Shown here: positions 54,094 through 64,000 of the stretch, piece after piece
How the letters are laid out: each line of letters begins with the position of its first letter
Position numbering within the stretch: position 1 is the first letter of the stretch
Source: Adineta vaga
Taxonomy: Eukaryota; Animalia; Rotifera
NCBI GenBank assembly: GCA_021613535.1
Contig: CP075496.1
Coordinates: 12,648,001 to 12,712,000, forward strand
Length of the DNA stretch: 64,000 nt
Reading direction: 5' to 3'
Translations under genes and position numbers: made by a program
Notes under the pieces: model-generated
Database searches by the model: none
The model's input: the letters and a program-made list of their open reading frames with translations, nothing else
What the model was told of the DNA's origin: nothing

Positions 54094-55636
54094 TTGAAAC
54101 TAAAATTGTTCTTTGTATTCATCTAAAGAACTTCTTTATTCTATTGAAAAAAGAGTAATCTTCTTCTATCTCTAGTTTTCTCTTTTTTTCTCGCTTTTCT
54201 CTTCTTTTCTTTTCCTTGTTTTTTTCGCTGCCATTGAGAGCAAACTATAAACCAACGAGAAGTGGGAAATCCGTTTTTAGAAATAATAGAATGAAACATA
54301 TTGTCAATGATTGGTAGTTATTAGAAAAGAAGAAAAAAATATGCGAACCGAATAACTTTAAATAGTTCGCATTAGTTTTAATTTTTCATTAATAAAAAAA
54401 CGTTTTCGAATCATCGATAAATATATATAATTATCTTCTAGTAAACAAATCGATTATCAAATCCAATTCGTTCGTTTCTCAGGAAGAAGATAAAAAAAGC
54501 AATCTATTTCTTTTGCCCAGAAGTTAACTATTCAAATTATAATTTCCTTCGGTTAAATAGTTCTTTACGAAAAATATAAAAGATAAAACTATTCTTTTCA
54601 TTATCGTTAACTTCTTCTAACTTTATTTCATATGAACACATTCATAATGAATAGTTCATTAGGAATCAAAAGAATACATTTACTTTTCGAATAGATAATC
54701 ATACCATTTGTCTGAATAGAACACTACTAATGATAGACACATTGATGTTTATCTCGTGGATCGATGAATCTTAAACATCGGAAAATCTCAAGAGAATCAA
54801 CTCAATATGTTCGAAGATTAGATGAGATAAAAAGAAAGAAAACTTAATTTAAAAACTAATCAAGTTAACAACTTCTGAAAAAATAAAGTTTTTACTTGAG
54901 CAGTTATATTATAATTGAATCATGCTAAACTAGACAATGAACAACTGAGTTATTTTTTAGATGAATATATATGTTGAAAGTAAAGTTATTCTTGATGATT
55001 TTCTTTTTTCTTCTGATGAAAATTTACGTTCAACGGAAATAAGCATTTTTGTTCGAAGAAAAACAAAACACGAAAGGCAAACAGATTTCTCTGTCGATTT
55101 TGATAAGATTGTAACTTTGTTGTCTACGTGTTTAGCTTTTCAATCAGACACATATGTCCTTTTTTCTTTCTTTTAAGACATGCCACTTCTCTACTTCTTT
55201 TCTACAAAACAACGCCTTTATTTCGTGCTCTTCGCTATAAACCATATGTGAGTATTTTATCAAGTACCGAACTGCTAATTATATCCGATTGTTGTTTGGG
55301 ATGAATAACTGTAAACAAATGTGCATGTCATTTTAATACTAAAATATACTCGCCTTATTCTTTCATCTATTAGGGATAAGAAGAAATACAGTTTTTTGTC
55401 AATAAGAAAATCATTTGACAGTATATATCGTGACAGACGGAAGTATGTTGAAGAAGTGCATCAAGAAACTAATTAAAGACAATCTATTAATAGAAATATG
55501 TGACATAATTACGATGCTAACCCTTGTATAGATGAAAAGAAAGAACAAAAAAACGCAAAGCTTTAGTTTTTCAATGGATTTATTTCAAAAGAAGAACGAA
55601 TCGAACTGATTATTAGGAGAAAAAAAGTAAATGGAA

Positions 55637-55900
55637 TCATTGTTTTTGACATCCTTGCATCATGCAGCTGAAAAGTGTACCAAAGTTATTGATGATACCA
55701 CGAGTATCTTCACTAGCTTCCGAACTTTCTTGTCCAGTAGGTTGAACACAATGAATAACACAATTCAGATTATCAAGAATACCAAAAAGACGAGGATCAT
55801 TCAATTGAATTGAACGTGGCTCAATTGCAACAGGTGCAGCCAAGGTTTTTTGTACGAAAATCGCACAAATTAAAGCAAGAATAGCGAAAAGAAATTTCAT
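55637..55900 (-). CDS. Small secreted prepropeptide (87 aa) with two Cys-pair peptides
   Basis: Classic signal peptide MKFLFAILALICAIFVQKTLA; intronless; higher GC than flanks; AATAAA ~50 nt past the stop. Confidence 0.75.
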   Translation of the reverse strand: MKFLFAILALICAIFVQKTLAAPVAIEPRSIQLNDPRLFGILDNLNCVIHCVQPTGQESSEASEDTRGIINNFGTLFSCMMQGCQKQ

Positions 55901-58886
55901 GTTTGAGGGAGAAGATACAATGATATGAATATTTTCGAATCAGATACATATATATATATATATCGAACAAATAAATTGTATTTTCTTCATTTAATAGATT
56001 AGTACTTTTGAAAGAAAAGGGATTGACGAGAATGATCAAGATCATATTTCATTTGTTTTTGAAATAAAAGTATTTTGTAAGAAAAAAAAACAATCATGAT
56101 TAGATACATATTTTCATTGTTTATGTAATATATGCGACATTCCTTCTGGTCATGAAAGTTCAACGTATCTGAAATCTAATTAAAAATATATTACGAACAT
56201 ACATTCTTTTTTTCGAATATCCCTTGACAGTGGAGAAATGTCTTCGGATACTGTTTTATTCATAATATTGTCATGTAAATTCTATTAGAAAATACAAAAG
56301 AATTTTTAAATTAAATAAAAGCGTTGAATGAGAATGAGAAAGGTTGAATTTAAGATTTGAATATCTATGCTTTTATCTTTAATAAATATAAATAACTAGA
56401 ATGAATTCTCTAATGAGATTAGTTAGATGCAAGTTTTTCTTTAAATATATTTGTGTAATTTACACGGTTTCTTTTTCTTTGTTTACGATCGATTCGAAGT
56501 AAATTCCTAATACAATCTTCTTAAGATACAAAAAGAAATAATTTAATAAGAAAAGTCGTTCCAGAAGTTGTACGAATAGTCAAAATATTGATTATTTTTC
56601 ATGTGTGTGTGTGTGATACACCCCTCCTTTTTTTCACAAAAATATTTTCTAGGATATGACTTTGATTAAAAAGAGATTAGGTGTGTCTACAACAAATTAT
56701 CATTTGATCCTGAAATCAACAATTCATAAAAGATTGAAAAGAGTCCAATTCGATAAATCATATTTATGATACTAATACTTGATGGAAAAAACAATATATC
56801 GCAAATTTTAAAAATTCAACAACGACAAAACTTGTTTTCTTTGAATAATTAATGAGAAAGATAACTGATTTCATCATGTTGACATTCTTTTTGATCACAA
56901 TAATATAGAATGAAACCTCTATGAATGAACATCTTCTAGTTGAACACATTGCTTCAATTCCTCAACCAAGTTTTGCTGTAAAAAACACCTCAAAATGAAC
57001 ACTCTGTTGGTTCCTTCCACGTAAGAAAACTTCTGCATAGTGAACATGTATGAATTGATGAGCAGTAGTTGACAAGTTCAAGTTCACGAAATCAGTTTTG
57101 ACCAGAAACTGATTCGTTAGTGTTCATTGTAGAGAGTATTCACTGTGAATTTTAATGACATCATTGTTTTACCTGGATTTTAATCTGTGATAAGCTTATT
57201 TTCTTCATATGACAAATCCAGATATGTAGTAAAATTAAACAAAAGCCAAGCTTTGTTGTCTACATTATATATTTTCACTCAAATATATTGATAAACACTA
57301 TAATACATATTGCGCATTTAAATTTCCGAAATTCTGCCTATGTAAATATGACAAACACTTGTCTAGTGGCTTTTATTGACAATATATAGTTCTAGCCACA
57401 TGATGATTGTCAACTTCTATTTATGATAAAACATAATCATTCCATAGAGATAAGATAGTTTTTCAACTGATAAAATCATCCACAGGAATTTCCTTTGATT
57501 ATCTTTTGAAATAATTACTTAATAACATAGAAAATAACGAGATCATTTCATTAATTATGTTTCATTTATTTCAAATTTAAAGAGAGAACGGTATTCTTTT
57601 TTAAATTAACTATCAAGTCAAATTATCTGCATAGTGAACATAACATTTACTTTTAGAAGTCGATCAAAGTTTAACTTCATTATCAAACAGAGATTTAAAA
57701 ATACTATATTCCATAAATAATACGTGATCATTTCTAATATTTTTATTCAGATCATCAGTCATTCTTGGTGTTTTTTTCTTTCATATATCACGTATATATG
57801 TCGTTTATTTGTGACTAAAAATTATCACTTGCATTGCATATAAAAACAGAAAAAAATCTTTTTCCGTCGTTCACGCTTTCCTTCCATTTTGACGGCATGT
57901 ATTCATTCTTTTTGACTTCTGCAATAGACAACATTCGACGATATATTTTCGATAATCATTATACTGTTTCTTCTGGTAAACTTTTCTTTTCCTTCAATTA
58001 ACTTCGAAAATGTTCATTTCTCTTCATATTAAATAACATATAATGAAGTTTTGTAAAGTGTAAAATAGGAACAAAATAACTCAAATGAAACTAGTCGTAA
58101 ATATCAGCAGTAAAATCCATCAATAATAATGAGTTCGGTAAAGAGAAAGAAGGATAGAAGGTAATATTTCATTTCTAAAATGAGACTTACACAAAAGATA
58201 AAAAGAAAAGAAAGAAATTTCTGCATTTTTTTGTTTCTCTTGCTTTATACTATTCTTTCTCAGATATCTTTATGATTTGAAGATGCAGTGAGCGGAATGA
58301 ATACTAGTTCTGGCAATGAAGCTAAATAGAACAAAAAGGCGGAACATGAAATGAGAAAAAGAAGAAGAAGAAGAAGAAGAAGAAGGAGAAGAAGAAAAGT
58401 AAAGCTTTGACATTCATGAACGAACTCATTGGGGATTGACACTTTTCTACTTCATCATCATTCCATTCAAGAAAAAGCAATTTCGAATTGATCTATATAA
58501 CGAAAAGAAAACCTTGTTGATAGATCTAGAAAATAAATTGAGATATGATCCTCTAGTGAAATTCATTCTATTGCTTAGATGTCTTTATCTCGCCTGTCAA
58601 TATGTCACTGTTTCCTTCTCGACAAATCTAATCATATTTTTCTCTTCTAACTTTTTTTTAGTCTAACATCATCGTTATGTTATTCGTCTTCTCTATTATT
58701 ATTAAATGATAGGAAAGCAAACGTTTTCTTTTTTTTCTAGGGAAAAAAAGAAAAAAAAACTGAGAAGAAAAAAATGTTCGTGTCAGGTTTGCATGTTTAA
58801 CGCTTATATCTACACGAATTGGCCTCAAGCTGTCGAGATTATTCAAATGGTAATTTTCAGTATGTAAATATCTATTGAAGGCAAAC

Positions 58887-61800
58887 ATGAAGATATTAAG
58901 TGGTTCACCACAAGCCGACAAATCGCAAACACCGGTTATATCACTCGATTGGACGGAATGTTTAGATAAACGGTAAAAAAACATACTCAGAAGGATGTTG
59001 TAATTTGTTTGTTCTTTTTTCTTTAAGACCAACAGATCGTACGAGTGATGATCTAGATACGATCTTTTCAAAATTAAAGGATGTGAAAGCTTTCGAAAAG
59101 TTTCATCCATTACTTATTCAACAACTTTGTTATTATAGTTATTTTGAATACTTAGAAAAAGGAGTTACACGTAAGAGAAGAAGAAGTTTTTCGCTTTGCT
59201 TTTGTCTTATTTTGTAACTCTTTGATGAATTAGTCTTCCGAACCGGTGATCTCGGTGCGAATTGGTTTGCTATTTTAAGTGGAAGTGTAGATGTTTGTGT
59301 TCCAGCAGAAAACGGCAAAGTTCGTATAAGTTCATTGTTGAAATGTATATCATGAAAGTCTTCTTTTAAATAGGGTCATACATTGATTTGTACATTGGAA
59401 GCAGGCGCTGCATTTGGTGAATCAATTCTCTATGATACACCTCGAAATGCAACAGTTATAACTTCAGCTGTTGTTATGCTTTTAAGAGTTGAACAGAGAG
59501 ATTTTAAAATTTTATGGGAGGTACATATTTTGAATGTTTTTTTTTTGTAATAAATAAGCAATTTTATTCGATTGAATTTAGCGTAATAAACAATATATGC
59601 ATGGTGTTATAACGAGTCTTAGTCGATTAACCAATACATTAGGTAAATAAAGAATAAAATTGAATAGAAAACAGACATTTGAATAGAAAAATCTTTTAGA
59701 TCCAAAACGTCGTGCTTCAGAATTTGATCCATCACTTCTACCTCAAGTCGCTAGTTCCAAATTTTTTAAAGATGATCCAAGTTTGTATTCAATGTTTGAA
59801 ATTTCATCAATAAAAAAAATTGACATTTTTCTTTCGATTTAGCACGAAATCCTGCTTTACCAATTGTACCTGTATGTTGCTTTTACATTTCTTTCTCTTA
59901 TTTTCTCAAATCTCTTCTTGTTTTAGGCTGCTTCCGTACGAATTCAACATGCTGCTTATGTTTTACGAAATTGTATTCTTAATAAAGCACCGCAAATGAT
60001 ACGCGATCGTAAATATCATCTTAAAATGCATCGAAGTTGTCTTGTCGGTTCAGAAATGGTCGATTGGTTAATACATCAAAGTCCAAGTTAGTCACTGTTG
60101 GAATTGTTCATAAATATTCTTTATTCGATTCTAGTAGTTCATTCTCGAAGTCAAGCTGTTGGTATGTGGCAAGCATTATTAGAAGAAGCAGCAATTGCAC
60201 ATGGTTTGAATGATTAATTTTTCTTCTTTTCAAAAGATAATGCGAATACTTTTAGTATCACAAGAACATTATTTCAAAGATAAATATCTATTCTATCGTT
60301 TTTCTGGTGATGAAGATGGCAAATTAATACGACCAAATACGGTGGAACAAAATGCGAGCGAAGAACAATTAAATGATGTTATTCTTACTTTAGCACAAGT
60401 TGGACCTGATGCAATGCTTCGCATGATATTAAGAAAACCGTAATGATTGGAATTTCATCTTCAATTTCTTTTCATCAGATTTTTCCTTTTAGACCACATG
60501 AACGAACGATTGATGAATTAGAAATCATCTATGATGAATTATTACATGTTAAAGCACTTTCACATTTATCATCTCTTGTTAAACGTGAACTAGCTGGTGT
60601 ATTAATTTTCGAAGCACATCCATTCAAAGGAGAAATTCGTAAGAAAATTTTCTTAGAAACAAATAATTCGTTTGAATTTTTCTTTTCAAAATTTAGTATT
60701 TAGTCAAGGTGATGAAGGCAAATCATGGTATATTATTTTAAAAGGTTCTGTTCAATGTAGTATTCATGGTAAAGGTGTTGTTGGTACACTACATGAAGGT
60801 GATGAATTTGGTAAATTAAGTTTAGTGAATAATTCACCAAGGTAAATATTCGATTTATTAGTATTGAATTTGTTTACAATTTGTTTGTTTTATTATAGGA
60901 CAGCAACAATTATTTTAAATGAAGATAATACACATTTTTTACGTGTTGATAAAGATGATTTTAATCGTGTTCTTCGTGATGTAGAAGCGAATACAATTAA
61001 ATTAAAAGAATTTGGAAAAGATGTTCTTATACTTGAAAAAGTTCCGATTAATGTTAAAACATCTGATGGAACATATCAAGTTTGTTATAAGTAAATCTAT
61101 TCTACATATCATAGAATAATGTTTCTAATCATATGTATTGTTTTTTATTTTGCATCTGTAGATATTCTGTTATGTCCGGTACAGCTGAAAAAATGCTTGG
61201 ATATTTCTTAGAAACTTACATTTGTTTAAATTGTGAAGAAGGTGATACTAGTCTTGATGATTTCTTTTCAACTTATGTGATTTTTATGCCAACAAATCAA
61301 ATATGTGCAACATTATTAACAATTTATAAAGCTAAACCACAACAACGTGTTGGAGAACAAATGGATTTAACATTACGAGAAAAGATAAAAGTTATTCGAT
61401 TTATTTTAGAATGGCATGATATAACAAAAGAGACATTTTTTGAAGATCCAAAGATCAATGTCTTTCTTGATGTAGGAATCATTTAATATTTATGATTGAG
61501 ACATGATTTTGTTTTTCTAGGAATTACATCAATTATTACGTGTCGATGTGAAAGTCTATCCTCAATTAAAAGATGAAATGAAATCTTTCGAGACAATTAT
61601 GGAAAGTGATTTGTAAGAATAAGAAATTTAATTTTTAAGAAAAAAAGATCTTTTATTTCATCTAGGATTTCTCGAGAACCTAAAGAACCACGAAAAAGTA
61701 AATTACCATGGAAACAACGAAATAGTATCGATAAACCAAAGATGATTCGTGCATCGGATGAAGGTAGATGATGTTGAATTGATTGATATTAAACTTTGTT

Positions 61801-63486
61801 TGCTTTGTCATAGTTATTTTCAAAGTTTATTGTGCTGATCATACGTATACAACAATGAAAATGAGAGTTGATACGCCAGCATCGAGAATTATTCGATTAG
61901 CAGCCGATAAATTGGGATTACGTACGGATCAACCTGATGATTTGAAATTATGTGAAGTAAAATCAACGGGAGGTTTGTGAGAAAAAAACAAACGAAAGTT
62001 TTCGATGACTTATTCTTTTGAATTTTTAGAAAGAGTATTGTACAAAGAAAGTGATTTGAGTATTTCATATGGTTTATCATTGAATGGACGTTTATTCTTA
62101 GCACCCGGTGATCATCTTGATGCTTTGGTATGTAAAAACATAATCAACAAGAGATTAGTTCGATGAACTTTAGCATTGATAATGATCATCATGCAATATA
62201 AAATTGACGTTTAGAATGACTTTTCATGTTGAAGTTAAATACGAAATAAATTAGGAAAAAAAATATCATGATCTTTCGCGATGAATTATATTATCATGAA
62301 AAATCTCAATTTGTCTAGGTACCCTTACCTGAACAAGAAGGACCACAACGTGGTACATGGCAAAAATTAGAAATGTTTGGTTCAAAAGAACTTGCTTATG
62401 CAATAACTATGCATGATTATGAATTATTCATGGCTATTAATCCAGTGAGAATTTCATTCATAATTCTGAATGTAAAAATAAAACATTTTGATTTCGTTTT
62501 TCAGCATGAACTACTTTATCAAGTATTCGGTCGATATAAATATGGAAAACTTACAGCTAATTTAGATACATTTATGCGACGATTTAATGAAATACAATAT
62601 TGGATTGTAACAGAAATATGTTTAACGCCAAGTCCTGGTAAACGTGTACAACTTTTAAGAAAATTCATTAAACTTGCATCATAGTAAGTTAAGAAACTAT
62701 TTCGAAGAAAATAATAACGAGTTTTTGATTGATTTAGTTGTAAAGAATATCGTAATTTGAATTCGTTTTTTGCGATTGTTATGGGTTTAAGTAATATTGC
62801 TGTTAGTCGATTATCTCTTACTTGGGAAGTAAGTAAATTATTAATTATTGACAATCATCTATGATTGTGTTTATATAGAGATTACCAAGTAAAATCAAAC
62901 GTATGTTTTCCGAATTTGAAACATTGATGGATCCATCACGTAATCATCGAGTTTATCGTTCAACATTAACTAAACTTACACCACCTATTATATTATTTAT
63001 GCCACTTTTACTCAAAGGTTTGTTTGATAGACTATGTTCACTTGTTTTCAAATATTTATTTAGATTTAACATTTACTCATGAAGGAAACAAAACATATAT
63101 AATTGAAGGATTAGTTAATTTTGAAAAAATGGTACGATTTTTTTGTGTTTGAAATTAAAATTGGTATTCTTGATTCGTTATCTTTTTTAAATTCAGAGAA
63201 TGTTATCACATACAATGCGTACATTAAAGATTTGTCGAAGTCAGACATTACGTAAGCATTTTCGAATGTAAGAATAAATATTGAAATAGAATTTCGATTC
63301 TTATAGAATTACAAGTACCACAAGGTGCAAAAAATCTCTCTGAAATTCAAGAATATGTTCGGTATATTTCATTTCTTGTCTCATATATCTCATTGTATGA
63401 TATTTTCTTCTAGAGAAATGAATGTTATCGATAATCAACGTATTCTCAATCAATTATCGAACAAACTAGAACCACGTCAAACTTAA
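58887..63486 (+). CDS. RAPGEF4: Epac2-type cAMP-regulated Rap GEF (CNB-A, DEP, CNB-B, REM, RA, CDC25)
   Basis: [93 protein letters not shown]; ends LEPRQT*. Confidence 0.96.
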
Positions 63487-64000
63487 AATATTTGTCTCTC
63501 CATGTGATTCTTTTTTTTTCTTCAAACATATCGAAAAAGGAAAACAATCTTTATTTGTTTGTTTTTTTGCAATTTATTGATGTCTTATAATAAATGATCA
63601 GGAAAGAAATTCTCTTCTAAGTTCTTCTATCTCAACATGAATTTATTTATTCACTCTATGTGTCGATTTAGATCAAAGAGAATGAACTATTTCGATATCT
63701 TTTTTCGTTTATTTTCTTTTCTTTTCTCTTTTTTTTTATATCGAATGATCATGCTGATGTCTAAACAAGAGTCTTGTCAACAATCATTTGTTTATTTGTC
63801 ATTGTAAATAAAAAGATTTGGAAGCGGAGAGTTGCGCGAACTTGCTTTCTTTTGTTTTCTAACAATAATTAAAGCGCTTTTATTCTTCTTCATCATTGTA
63901 ATGAAAAATATCGAGTAGATTGATTTCAGCATGTCAACTGATCAATTAATTGAACGTTGGTGTAAAGATCATGCGACACGTATGTGTTAAATAGAATCAC

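Noticed and set aside
55637-55900. Insulin-like peptide (B-C-A layout, second chain starting GII)
   Set aside because: Only four Cys in the mature region and no CC motif.
58085-58330. Upstream coding exons for Epac
   Set aside because: Splicing the candidate exons gives early stops; at most 5'UTR with uORFs.
1-64000. CRISPR arrays, rRNA/tRNA genes, transposase or reverse transcriptase ORFs
   Set aside because: None recognisable by eye; tRNAscan-SE/Infernal were not run.

Overview
AT-rich, gene-dense eukaryotic (animal) DNA with many ~45-70 nt GT-AG introns. The architecture best fits a bdelloid rotifer (inference, no search run). About 21 protein-coding genes were reconstructed by hand: PLC-epsilon (5' end off-window), SPEF1, a divergent HMG-box protein, HIBADH, LRRC59, arfaptin, an intronless DUF218/YdcF gene (HGT candidate), TRAF3IP1/IFT54, dachshund, UBE4B, PPP1R35, RABL3, NMT, SmD1, an EF-hand protein, a signal peptide + WR1-like + GNAT protein, a PRD-class homeobox, a GnRH/AKH-type GPCR, a small secreted peptide precursor and Epac/RAPGEF4. 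The remaining gene is a ~1,900-aa Gln/Tyr/Ser-rich repeat protein nested antisense in a 7.6-kb UBE4B intron. Main highlights: (1) this nested gene and its two apparent 1-nt frame breaks; (2) same-strand junctions of only 113-207 nt with a splice acceptor just before the downstream ATG, two of which also have a polyA signal right before the acceptor (candidate trans-spliced operons, one including the foreign-looking DUF218 gene); (3) a secretory-pathway GNAT acetyltransferase with a Cys-rich module and a C-terminal PTS1-like AHL; (4) a two-peptide Cys-pair precursor next to a peptide GPCR. CDS coordinates are start-to-stop spans including introns.
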